Virus record (IMG/VR): IMGVR_UViG_3300005264_000002
Location: 1-64,000 of that record
Length of the DNA stretch: 64,000 nt
Source: a virus
Strand: one strand, 5' to 3'
In this document: positions 46,893-56,339 of the stretch, in pieces
Layout: every line of letters starts with the position of its first letter
Numbering within the stretch: the stretch's first letter is position 1
Made by a program: the position numbers and the translations under genes
The notes under the pieces: generated by a model
The model's database searches: none
Told to the model about the DNA's origin: nothing
Seen by the model: the letters and a program-made list of their open reading frames with translations, nothing else

Positions 46893-48338
46893 CTACACTT
46901 TAGAAATCTTTACTCCAAACTCTTTTTGATAAATTCTCTTTCTTGCATTAGAATGTTTTTTTGTTGTCTTATGTCCATCATCAAATGCATCAACAACAAA
47001 TCCAACTTCTTGATGGAATCTTTGAGGTTTTCTGACTACTCTTCCAGTATTTTGCATAACCCTAGTTTTAGATTTCTCTCCAGAACCCAGGACAATTGCT
47101 CCAGCTTCTTTAGTATCTATCCCCTCACCAATAACAGAAGTCCCAATTAAATTTGGAATCTCTCCTCTGTTAAAAGCTTCTACTGTTTCAAAATTATGTT
47201 TTTGTCCAAGTTCACCATGAATAAAAGTAGAGCCTGGGATAATATCATTAAAAATATGTCCATGCTCTATGTTCTTAACTAAGACTAAAGTTGGGATTTT
47301 TTGTTTATGAGACATTAAAATGGCAGATTTTCCAAGTTTTTCATTTCTTTCATCATGATGGACAATCCAATTAGGATAAATATCTTTAGTATAATCTAAT
47401 CCTTTTTTATATTCATCCCATGGATCATTATCTTCAGGCTCACCCCATGGGACATCCCCATGCTGATATTCTTTAGGGACAGGAATGTCTCCAATATTAT
47501 GAAAAATAGGTTGAATAGGTAAAATATATCCCTTTTTTATTGCATCAACTACAGAAAGAGAATAAGTTTGATTGGCCATGATGCAATCTAATAAAATCTG
47601 TTCATTTTTTGAATTTCTAAAGTTAGTGGCCGTTTGAGCAAATTTATAATATATATCCCCAAAAAGCTTTTTATCAATCATTCTTGCAGTTTCACAAGCT
47701 TCATGATGCCATTCATCAAAATAAACACAATCAAAAAAAGAAAACATTTCTGGTGAACAATTTTCTAATGCATCTAAATTTGCAATAGAAACAGGCTTAT
47801 TATTCCCTAATTTATCAAATATCCCTACATTATCTTCTCCAAAACATGCACATAAATACAAATATATTTGTAATTTAAGAGTTAAAGATGGAACAACAAC
47901 CAAAGTATTAACCCCTAATTGTTGGATAGTATCTTTCATTGATCTTGTCTTCCCAACTCCTGTCGGCAACACAATTATTCCTCTTCCAGCAGGGGAGTTT
48001 AATAGAGATTTTGTTGCTAATATTTGATCATCATAAGCAACTGGTTCACTTATTAACTGAGATAATTTTAAATATCCTAGATCTGGAATTATTCTTGGAT
48101 CAATAATATTAACTGGAACACCATGAGTTTGACATGAAATAAAGACTCTTTTGGCCAAACCTGTTGAGAAACTGCCATCAGACTCTATAAGTGAAGTCCT
48201 GGCATAATCCCAATTTTTTGATCTAAAATATTTTTGCATATCATAAAATGAAACATCTTTCCTTATTTTCTGAAAAACAAAATGTGGAATATTCTGAAGA
48301 TATGATACTGAGTTTCCGATTATAATTTTAGAATTCAT
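46893..48338 (-). CDS. SF2 DExH helicase (UvsW/XPB-like)
   Basis: PTGVGKT, DEWHH, TAT, GEGID, QNTGRVVR. Confidence 0.92.
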   Translation of the reverse strand: MNSKIIIGNSVSYLQNIPHFVFQKIRKDVSFYDMQKYFRSKNWDYARTSLIESDGSFSTGLAKRVFISCQTHGVPVNIIDPRIIPDLGYLKLSQLISEPVAYDDQILATKSLLNSPAGRGIIVLPTGVGKTRSMKDTIQQLGVNTLVVVPSLTLKLQIYLYLCACFGEDNVGIFDKLGNNKPVSIANLDALENCSPEMFSFFDCVYFDEWHHEACETARMIDKKLFGDIYYKFAQTATNFRNSKNEQILLDCIMANQTYSLSVVDAIKKGYILPIQPIFHNIGDIPVPKEYQHGDVPWGEPEDNDPWDEYKKGLDYTKDIYPNWIVHHDERNEKLGKSAILMSHKQKIPTLVLVKNIEHGHIFNDIIPGSTFIHGELGQKHNFETVEAFNRGEIPNLIGTSVIGEGIDTKEAGAIVLGSGEKSKTRVMQNTGRVVRKPQRFHQEVGFVVDAFDDGHKTTKKHSNARKRIYQKEFGVKISKV

Positions 48339-48343
48339 AAGAC

Positions 48344-48377
48344 ATTATACGTTTCTGAAAGAAGAATATCTTTTTTT
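48344..48377 (-). promoter_or_regulatory. middle-class promoter for SF2 helicase
   Basis: - strand reads aaaaaaagatattcttctttcagaaacgtataat, 5 nt before ATG. Confidence 0.75.
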
Positions 48378-48424
48378 ATTTTTAGGCTATGCGTTAAGAA
48401 GATTTTGGGTATAGTATGGCCTTT

Positions 48425-48700
48425 TTGGTAGGAGTTGAGCGAAGCGAACGACAAATACTATTAATATTTATTCAAATTTATATAATAATTAATGAAAATC
48501 CGAGCGGTAACACCCGAGAGATTTTCGGTCTAACCCTAGGGGATATTTGGGTTAGCCTAACTCGCTTAACGCCCCTGATTGGGGCTACTCGTTATCACGT
48601 AGTGGAGTTGAGGGAGGTAACGACCGAACGACTAAGACTATTAAAAGAATCCGATTATATCGAGCGGCCGCGATTTGTCAAGTTTACCGCCGAGAAAATT
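48425..48700. other. structured GC-rich intergenic element (candidate replication origin or ncRNA)
   Basis: bipartite direct repeat, several stems, AT-rich spacer; lies between divergent helicases. Confidence 0.55.
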
Positions 48701-48710
48701 AAAATAATAA

Positions 48711-48744
48711 AAAAAAAGATATTTCCTCCAGATTACACGTATAA
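48711..48744 (+). promoter_or_regulatory. middle-class promoter for DnaB operon
   Basis: aaaaaaagatatttcctccagattacacgtataa (spacer +1). Confidence 0.7.
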
Positions 48745-48773
48745 GATATCAAAACAACCAAGGAAGCATAAAA

Positions 48774-50180
48774 ATGGAATTAAGATTTAATTTTGATGAT
48801 AATTTTCAGCAAGGGATTCTCCAGTTAATAATTCAAGATCCTCATTTTTGTCAAAAGGCATTAATGTATGTTCGTCCAGAATATTTTAAAAACTCTTATT
48901 ATGGATATTTTTTTAAAACCTTTAAATTTCTTTCAGAAAAATATGACCGGATAGATGATCTTCATATTCAGAATGAGCTCTTAAAATTTGATGAAGAAGA
49001 TCAAGAAAAATATAACAGGATATATGCTGATATAAAAAATCTTAATGGTGTTCCTAGAGATTTTCAATATATTAGGAATAACCTTAAAAAGTTTATTCAA
49101 AAAGCAACTACTTGGCATATTAACCAAAAATTAGTCAAGGCCCAACATAAAGATCCTGATGAATTATTCAAAATGATCCAAAAAGATATCACAGCATCAG
49201 CTATGGTAAATTTTGAAGAAGATGATTCAATGAGTTTCAACGATTTAAGAAAGGTCATGAAAGAATCAGCGGAATCAGTTGGGGTATTATTGCCACTAGG
49301 GATTCCTATTATTGATGCTGCACTAGGAGGAGGAGTTGAAAGGGAAACTTTGACTCTTGCTTTAGGTGGAACGAATGTTGGGAAGTCAATTTTTCTTATT
49401 AATGTTTGTTATCATTGGTTAACTCAAGGATTTAAAGTCCTATATCTTAATCTTGAGGGGAGAAAAATACAGCCTCTATTAAGACTTGGGGCCAGGGCGT
49501 TACATGTTCCTTATGGAAGAGTCAGGAATCATGATCTTACAGATGAGGAATGGGAGCGTTTTAATAATTTTAAAAAACAATATGGTGAAAATTTAAGAAT
49601 TAAACATGTCGCAGAGTTTGGATATACTGTTGAAGAATTTACTGCATATTGTAAAGATTTATATAAAGAATTTCCTTTTGACGGAATTGTTGTCGATTAT
49701 GGCCAGCTACTTCAAACAAAAGAAAAGTTTAGGGATCTAAGACATAGACAAGCTCACGTTCATCAATGCCTTGATGGACTTGCTGGGATGTTCAAAGCAG
49801 CATGTTTAACCGTTGCCCAAGGAAACAGAGAGGCCCAAGGTAAAAATGATCAAGGTTTTAGATTACTTAAGAAAGAAGACATTTCTGAATGCTTTGAGAT
49901 CACTCGTAAGGCTGCAACAATCTTTACTCTTAATCGTTCAGAGCAAGATGAACAAGCAGAAAGAGTTAGAATCTTATTAGATAAACAAAGGGATGGAGAG
50001 AAAGGCGTTATTGCTAACTGCAAAACAAACATGGCCTACATTGCTTATTATGGATCTGAAGAAGAAGGATTAGGATTTTTATCTCATGAGGAATATGAAA
50101 GCAATCAAACGAATATTCCTGCTTATATTCCTGAAGAATCGAATCCAACATCTACTCCAGAGATAACTAATGGTAATTGA
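48774..50180 (+). CDS. replicative DnaB-like (SF4) helicase
   Basis: GGTNVGKS Walker A, YLNLE, VVDYGQLL, TVAQGNR, DKQRDG. Confidence 0.92.
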   Translation: MELRFNFDDNFQQGILQLIIQDPHFCQKALMYVRPEYFKNSYYGYFFKTFKFLSEKYDRIDDLHIQNELLKFDEEDQEKYNRIYADIKNLNGVPRDFQYIRNNLKKFIQKATTWHINQKLVKAQHKDPDELFKMIQKDITASAMVNFEEDDSMSFNDLRKVMKESAESVGVLLPLGIPIIDAALGGGVERETLTLALGGTNVGKSIFLINVCYHWLTQGFKVLYLNLEGRKIQPLLRLGARALHVPYGRVRNHDLTDEEWERFNNFKKQYGENLRIKHVAEFGYTVEEFTAYCKDLYKEFPFDGIVVDYGQLLQTKEKFRDLRHRQAHVHQCLDGLAGMFKAACLTVAQGNREAQGKNDQGFRLLKKEDISECFEITRKAATIFTLNRSEQDEQAERVRILLDKQRDGEKGVIANCKTNMAYIAYYGSEEEGLGFLSHEEYESNQTNIPAYIPEESNPTSTPEITNGN

Positions 50181-51288
50181 TATTAAAGCGATCCTTCAAG
50201 ATAAGGGTATTGGTTTTATCGAAAATTCTGACAACTATATTTTAAATAGTTGCCCTGCTTGTAATGGAACACATAAACTTTATTTATCTAAAAAAGATTA
50301 TCGATGGATCTGTTTTAAATGTATGGGGTCAGCAGAGGGAGATGGTGTTGATCTTGATAAAAATGAAGGGAAAGGAAATCTTTATGCTATTTTAAGATTA
50401 ATTGGATTTTCTCATCATGAAGTAATTGAGATTATAGGTGGAAGCAATTTTTCTTATATTGATGATTTTGAATTTCAATCAATTGAAAGCAATAATTCTC
50501 AAGACAAAACCAATGAAGTCCCTGAGATTATGCTCCCTTGGTATTTTTTTAAGCTAGATGGGACAGAAAGTAATATCTTAGAATATGAGGAAGCATATAA
50601 ATATCTTCTTTCCAGGAATGTGAATAATATTAATCTAATTAAGAAGTTTGATCTTCATTATTCCCCGATGAATAAAAGAATCTTTTTCCCTATTAGGAAA
50701 AATTACCATACGATCATTGGATATCAAGGAAGAGATATTACCAATCGACATAAATCAAAGCATTACAAATGTATGAATCAAGATTGTTCAATGAGACATA
50801 ACCCTTATTTTTCAGGAGAGCATGAGGCTCCAGAATTTTGTCATAAGTGTGGCAATAAATTAGAGCTTTGGCATTACCCTAAAATGCTAAACAGTAATAA
50901 CTTTCCTAAAAAACATATTTTTATGAATGAGCACCTTATTAATTGGGAGAAACCAGTTACTTTAGTTGAAGGCCCATTTGATTCAATTAATACTCCAAAC
51001 TCTTTGCCTTTACTTGGGAAGTTTTTAAGTAAATATCAATCGGATCTACTTTATAAAAATTGCAAAGAATTAATTTTATATCTTGATGGTGATGAATATG
51101 GAGTAACGGCCAGTCAGCAAATTTATCATGAGTTATCACCATTTATCCATAATATCAGAGTCGTTCTTTCCAATGATATAGAAGATCCAGGGCAATTTTC
51201 TTATCAAGATAATCAAGAAAAAATCAATTCTTCTCTTTCTTTTCCGGAATGGGCTCAAAAAAAAGATATTTTTTCTCTTTACATTTAG
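50170..51288 (+). CDS. DNA primase (Zn finger + TOPRIM)
   Basis: CPAC...CFKC, RIFFP, YQGR, LVEGPFD, LDGD, DPG. Confidence 0.9.
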   Translation: MVIDIKAILQDKGIGFIENSDNYILNSCPACNGTHKLYLSKKDYRWICFKCMGSAEGDGVDLDKNEGKGNLYAILRLIGFSHHEVIEIIGGSNFSYIDDFEFQSIESNNSQDKTNEVPEIMLPWYFFKLDGTESNILEYEEAYKYLLSRNVNNINLIKKFDLHYSPMNKRIFFPIRKNYHTIIGYQGRDITNRHKSKHYKCMNQDCSMRHNPYFSGEHEAPEFCHKCGNKLELWHYPKMLNSNNFPKKHIFMNEHLINWEKPVTLVEGPFDSINTPNSLPLLGKFLSKYQSDLLYKNCKELILYLDGDEYGVTASQQIYHELSPFIHNIRVVLSNDIEDPGQFSYQDNQEKINSSLSFPEWAQKKDIFSLYI

Positions 51289-51342
51289 TATTGTTCAATC
51301 AACAATTTTATTAAATCAATAATTAATTGCCTTAAACATGGA

Positions 51343-51927
51343 GTGTGTATGGGAGCATTAGCTAATGAAGCTGAATTTTTTAAGCATGATGGAATGATCA
51401 AAAATTTTTACTATTCAAACCAAACCCTTTTTAACCATCCGGCCCTTTCTCTTGATTTGGATGATGTCCTGCAAGAGATGAGAGTTTTAATCATTAATGC
51501 TATTCCTAAGTATGATGCATCAAAAGGAGCTGCACTATCTACATATTTATATATGCATTTGAGTGATAGACTTAAAGATCTTAAGGCAAAAATAATAAGA
51601 AGATCCAAATTTCATGCTGGATATACTGAGGATTTAATTTTAAGCAATAGACAAGATAAGCAATCGGATGTTGACTATAAAATAAATTATTTATCCTTTA
51701 AAAATATTCAAGGTGAACATACAAAACAAGATACATTAGCTGATTGCATTGATGTTAAAATAATTTTAGAGCACTTAAAAGAAGATGATCGAAAACTTTT
51801 TGTAGATCGATATCTATATGGGTATTCTTTCTCAGAACTACAAGAGCGTCACAATAAATCTAATACATATATTAATAAGAAATTAAGAAGAATCGATACA
51901 ATTTTTGAAACTTTGAGATTTCAATAA
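51343..51927 (+). CDS. sigma-70 family RNA polymerase sigma factor
   Basis: region 2 DDVLQE...KYDASKGAALSTY; region 4 HTH YLYGYSFSEL. Confidence 0.85.
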   Translation: MCMGALANEAEFFKHDGMIKNFYYSNQTLFNHPALSLDLDDVLQEMRVLIINAIPKYDASKGAALSTYLYMHLSDRLKDLKAKIIRRSKFHAGYTEDLILSNRQDKQSDVDYKINYLSFKNIQGEHTKQDTLADCIDVKIILEHLKEDDRKLFVDRYLYGYSFSELQERHNKSNTYINKKLRRIDTIFETLRFQ

Positions 51928-51929
51928 GA

Positions 51930-51963
51930 AAAAAAAGATAAAAACAATTCTAACACGTATAAT
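51930..51963 (+). promoter_or_regulatory. middle-class promoter
   Basis: aaaaaaagataaaaacaattctaacacgtataat, 5 nt before ATG. Confidence 0.75.
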
Positions 51964-51968
51964 ACTTT

Positions 51969-52325
51969 ATGAGAAAAATTAAAAACTATATTACTAGAGA
52001 TGTTTTTTTAACTAAGATTTATAATGAAGGTGTTGCTGATTTTGAGGAACTGCATCATTTTGCTTGTAATATTAATGAACCTGTTAGAGATTTTTCTTTG
52101 ATTGTTGATCTTGTTAAGGAAGCGGAAAAACAAGGTATTCTCTATAAAAAGCATACTAAAAGCATGAAATTATCTAGCTACTATAAAAACTTGAGATGGT
52201 ATATGGGGCGGTTAGAAAGAAAAGGTAAAATAAAAGGATTTACTGGTGTTGTGGGAAGACCAAAGGGAGCTAAGAGTCTCGATAGAGGACTTTTAGAATC
52301 TATACAGAACTTATTAGGTAGTTAG
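51969..52325 (+). CDS. basic hypothetical protein, possibly DNA-binding
   Basis: 118 aa, GRPKG motif. Confidence 0.65.
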   Translation: MRKIKNYITRDVFLTKIYNEGVADFEELHHFACNINEPVRDFSLIVDLVKEAEKQGILYKKHTKSMKLSSYYKNLRWYMGRLERKGKIKGFTGVVGRPKGAKSLDRGLLESIQNLLGS

Positions 52326-52362
52326 CGATCTTTCGCTAATTTGTTTTCTTGGGATTGGTCTT

Positions 52363-52405
52363 GATTGGCCCTGAGTTTGATCTCTCAGGGTCGATCTTTT
52401 TTCTT
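52363..52405 (+). terminator. Rho-independent terminator
   Basis: ggccctgag...ctcagggtc stem followed by T tract. Confidence 0.65.
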
Positions 52406-52435
52406 CTCTCATCCACTTCATCCGTATAATAAGGT

Positions 52436-55400
52436 ATGGAAAACTTTAAATACGCAAATTTACATCATAAAACGCATTATTCTTGTGGAATTGCCATAGG
52501 AACTTGTGAAGATTCGATTCTTGCAGCAAAAAACAATGAATTATCTGCTTTGGCCATTACTGATTATTGCTCAATATCTGGTGCATTAGAATTTCTTAAA
52601 GAAGGACAGAAGCAAGAATTCCCTGTCATTGTCGGATCAGAAATTAATTATGTTGATGAATGGAATCAAATATTTAATATCGTTTTATTGATTAAAAATA
52701 ATGTCGGGTATCATAATTTATGTAGGTTGATTACTTACGCTCATCAAAATGCACAAAAATATAATAAACCAGCTTGCCTTCTTTCAGATCTAAGAGATTT
52801 TTCAGATGGGTTAGTTTGTTTAGCTGGTGGAGCATTAGGCCCATGGTCCCAATATTGGATTAAAAAAGATATGATCGACTCTCCCAAGGCTAAAATAGAG
52901 GAGCTCTTAAATATTTTTAAGGATGATTTTTATCTTGAATTTAATCAGTCTAATCAAATGTATCAATGGGATTCAAAACATAATGAGTATATCCAAAAAT
53001 ATGATGATAATCCTCATAAGTTTGCAAATAAAGCATTAATTAAATTTTCTGATGAGACAGGGATAAAATGCATAATAACATCAGATTCTTATATCCCAAA
53101 TGAAGAAGATAAAATCCTTCAAGATGTTGTTGTTAGGACTTCTCCAAAAGGAAAACAAGGATTTTATTTTAGGGAGACACGCCCAATTTTAAGATCTGAA
53201 GAATTAGAAGCTAGAATTGCTGTTGAGCACATTGGAATTAGTCATAAGCGACTAGGAAGATATTTTTCAAATACATTAGAAATTGCTGAGAAATGTCAAA
53301 ATCCTATAATCAAATTTAAAGATCAGGTTGTTCAGTTCCCGATAACCACACACACAATGCATCAAAATGGGATGGATAAAAATGATCTTTTATGGGAGAT
53401 CATACGTTCAAATGGGCGTATTGATCTCTCTAATAAAGAACAAATGGACAGACTTTCTTACGAGATCAAGGCCATTAAAGATAATGGAAGGATAGATTTA
53501 TTAGATTATTTTTTAGTTGTTGAAGATTTAGTTCGAGCATGTAGAGATAATGGAGTAGTTGTTGGGCCAGGAAGAGGATCAGGAGCAGGATCTTTATTAA
53601 ATTATGCTTTAAAAATCACTCATTTAGATCCATTAAAATATGGGTTACTGTTCGAGAGATTTATTTCAGAGGGTAGAATCCAAAAAGGATCACTTCCAGA
53701 TATTGATTTGGATTTCTCAGATCAAAAATGGGCAAAGAATTATCTTGGTGAAAAGTATGGATGGGATAGAGTCATGCCTATAGGTACTTTCCAGACGATG
53801 CAAACAAAATCTTCAATAAAAGATGCTTTTAAATTATTCTATCCTCATATTGAATTCAAAGTAGTTAATAAAATTACAAATAAATTTGGTAAAAAAGATG
53901 AATCTGAAACAGAAGTAGAATTTTTTCAAAGATCTCTTGAATCTGATGAATCTATTAAGATTGATCTATTTAAAACTTTTCCTAAAGCTGGAGAGTGTGT
54001 TGAAAGATTAATTGGATTCAATCGCCAAACTGGAATTCATCCATGTGGAATAGCCATTACTCAAGATAAGCTTGAAGGTATCGCACCAGGGAGAAGCTAT
54101 AAAGATAAAATGTCTTTAGATTTTGATGGGAATACTTGCGAACAGGCAGGAGTTATAAAATATGACATTTTATCATTATCAACTCTTAAGTATATTGGAA
54201 CAGCAGTAAAATTAATAAAAGATAGACATGATATTGATATAGATATTTATGAACTCCCAACAGAAGATCCTAAAGTCTGGAAAGCTTTTGATCGTGGACA
54301 GACTGATGGAGTATTTCAATTTGGAAGTAATATTGCTAAAGGGATCTTAACAAAAGTTAAGAGTAAAAATCTTGAAGATGGGTCCATGGTTACTTCAGTG
54401 GGAAGGCCAGGACCAATGGCCAACGATCAACACTTAGAATTTATAAAAAGATCAAATGGAGAACATGATTCAATCCCTCCTCATCCTAAACTTGCTGAAG
54501 TCCTCAAGGAAACTTATGGGATTATGATCTATCAGGAGTCAGTTATGAAGGCCTCTCAAATTCTTGGAGGATTCTCATTAGCTGAGGCCGATGATATTAG
54601 AAAGGCAATGGGGAAGAAGAAAAGAAAAATTCTAATCCCTTATAAGAAGAGATTTATTGAGAATTGTGTTCGATATTATGATCCTGATGGGGGAAAGTAT
54701 CGAGATTTTGAATTAGATCAGATTGCTGATGAGGGAGGGCACACAGATATTTCTCCAGAGCGTGCAGAATATCTTTGGCATTTAATGGAAACCTTCTCAG
54801 GTTATGGATTTAATAAGTCTCATGCGGTATGTTACGCTTATATTGGATATATCTGTCAATATTTAAAGGTATATTATCCTCTTGAATGGTGGTGCTCTTG
54901 TCTCCATCATTCAGTAAGCAAACCAGATAAGTTTTCAGAATATTTTCAAGCAGCTCAAGATCTTATTCTTCTCCCTGATATTAATCATTCAACTAATAAT
55001 TTTTATATTCGAGGTGATAAGATTCAATTCCCATTCAATTCTATCAAAGGTGTTGGAGTTGTAGCTAATGCTGAAATTGAAAAGAATAGACCTTATACAT
55101 CTATAGATGATTTTTATAAAAGAGTTTATAAAAGGGTGATCAACAAAGGTGTTTTTGAAAAACTAATATTTGCAGATTGTTTTCAGTCTTGGGGTAATTT
55201 CCAAGATATCCTTAAACATTATTATGAAGAATTGAGAGGTGAAAAAATCCCTGAAAAATATTTGCATTTAAATAAAGAGCAAAAACTTAACTTAAGGGCC
55301 AAGGCTTTGGATTTTATTGTCTTGGATTATTATGATATTTATCCTGATGTTTTCAATGATCCGGATTTTTTAATTAGACTGGAAGATTTGAAAAATACTG

Positions 55401-55693
55401 ATCAAGGGCAAAAAGTCAAAATTGGCGGTAAGGTTACAGAAAGAAAAATCATTACAACTAAAAGAAAAAAAGAAAAAATGGCCAAGATAGTTATCCAAAA
55501 CGGAAGGGATACCGCAAGAGTTACAATCTGGCCCAAAGAATTTGCTCATTATGATTCTAAAATACAAATTGAAAATGTTGTCAAAATTGAAGGAACGATT
55601 GATTATTTTAATAATCAACCTCAAATTTTATCAACTCATATATTAACCTTAGAAGAGGCCCTAAGACAAAAGGCCCAATGGAGTTACAAGTGA
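52436..55693 (+). CDS. dnaE: DNA polymerase III alpha subunit (family C)
   Basis: PHP domain, GPGRGSGAGS, FERF, PDIDLDF, GIHPCG, KYDIL.L, RPGP, GYGFNKSH, C-terminal OB fold. Confidence 0.97.
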   Translation: MENFKYANLHHKTHYSCGIAIGTCEDSILAAKNNELSALAITDYCSISGALEFLKEGQKQEFPVIVGSEINYVDEWNQIFNIVLLIKNNVGYHNLCRLITYAHQNAQKYNKPACLLSDLRDFSDGLVCLAGGALGPWSQYWIKKDMIDSPKAKIEELLNIFKDDFYLEFNQSNQMYQWDSKHNEYIQKYDDNPHKFANKALIKFSDETGIKCIITSDSYIPNEEDKILQDVVVRTSPKGKQGFYFRETRPILRSEELEARIAVEHIGISHKRLGRYFSNTLEIAEKCQNPIIKFKDQVVQFPITTHTMHQNGMDKNDLLWEIIRSNGRIDLSNKEQMDRLSYEIKAIKDNGRIDLLDYFLVVEDLVRACRDNGVVVGPGRGSGAGSLLNYALKITHLDPLKYGLLFERFISEGRIQKGSLPDIDLDFSDQKWAKNYLGEKYGWDRVMPIGTFQTMQTKSSIKDAFKLFYPHIEFKVVNKITNKFGKKDESETEVEFFQRSLESDESIKIDLFKTFPKAGECVERLIGFNRQTGIHPCGIAITQDKLEGIAPGRSYKDKMSLDFDGNTCEQAGVIKYDILSLSTLKYIGTAVKLIKDRHDIDIDIYELPTEDPKVWKAFDRGQTDGVFQFGSNIAKGILTKVKSKNLEDGSMVTSVGRPGPMANDQHLEFIKRSNGEHDSIPPHPKLAEVLKETYGIMIYQESVMKASQILGGFSLAEADDIRKAMGKKKRKILIPYKKRFIENCVRYYDPDGGKYRDFELDQIADEGGHTDISPERAEYLWHLMETFSGYGFNKSHAVCYAYIGYICQYLKVYYPLEWWCSCLHHSVSKPDKFSEYFQAAQDLILLPDINHSTNNFYIRGDKIQFPFNSIKGVGVVANAEIEKNRPYTSIDDFYKRVYKRVINKGVFEKLIFADCFQSWGNFQDILKHYYEELRGEKIPEKYLHLNKEQKLNLRAKALDFIVLDYYDIYPDVFNDPDFLIRLEDLKNTDQGQKVKIGGKVTERKIITTKRKKEKMAKIVIQNGRDTARVTIWPKEFAHYDSKIQIENVVKIEGTIDYFNNQPQILSTHILTLEEALRQKAQWSYK

Positions 55694-56265
55694 AAGATAC
55701 AGTTCAAAAAGATAAGCAACCATTTGAAAATTTTGAAGAATTGCCATGTGATATTATTGATCAAAAAGCTTATGATCAAGAGATTGATGGAGAAACAAGG
55801 TGTTCTTTAAGTATTCATGTTGAAGTTTTGATAGGGAAAAATCTTGGAGAAGACTTTCAAGAAGCAGTCAATAAATTAGGTAAAGCTATTGTTGCGAGAA
55901 CAACAAAAAGAGGGACAAGATTTTATGCTGGAGATATTGAATATAATCCTACTACTGGGATAATTAGTTTTGATGCTGGGACTGTGATTCCTGATTATAT
56001 TGTAGATGGATTCAAGCATTATTCTAAAAATAAACTTGGAACAACTTTTGCAGATTTTTGTTTTTTAAATTCTGAAGGGACTAAGTTTTTTACGAAAGAT
56101 CAGTGCTCAACTCCTTTCAGAGATGATGCTACTCCAGGAGATTTGACTTGGGTTCTTCCAGCTAAATTTGTTGATGATATGGTTGAAATGATGAGCATAA
56201 TGAATAATCTTATATTGGCCGGAACAATGGAAGAATCAATTTTATATGGTCCATTTTTAAATTAA
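55678..56265 (+). CDS. hypothetical protein
   Basis: 195 aa, overlaps dnaE end. Confidence 0.7.
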   Translation: MELQVKDTVQKDKQPFENFEELPCDIIDQKAYDQEIDGETRCSLSIHVEVLIGKNLGEDFQEAVNKLGKAIVARTTKRGTRFYAGDIEYNPTTGIISFDAGTVIPDYIVDGFKHYSKNKLGTTFADFCFLNSEGTKFFTKDQCSTPFRDDATPGDLTWVLPAKFVDDMVEMMSIMNNLILAGTMEESILYGPFLN

Positions 56266-56296
56266 AAAAGATAAAAAAAGATCATACACGTATAAT
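56264..56296 (+). promoter_or_regulatory. middle-class promoter
   Basis: aaaaaagataaaaaaagatcatacacgtataat. Confidence 0.75.
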
Positions 56297-56339
56297 GTAA
56301 TTACCAAGAAAATAAAGACTGATTACCAAGGAGAATTAA

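Noticed and set aside
48416-48790. 124-aa + strand ORF upstream of DnaB
   Set aside because: Atypical codon usage, no RBS, spans the hairpin/repeat element and the DnaB promoter; probably non-coding
52436-55693. Intein or intron in dnaE
   Set aside because: Length is normal (1085 aa) and motifs are contiguous; only a ~25-aa insertion is present
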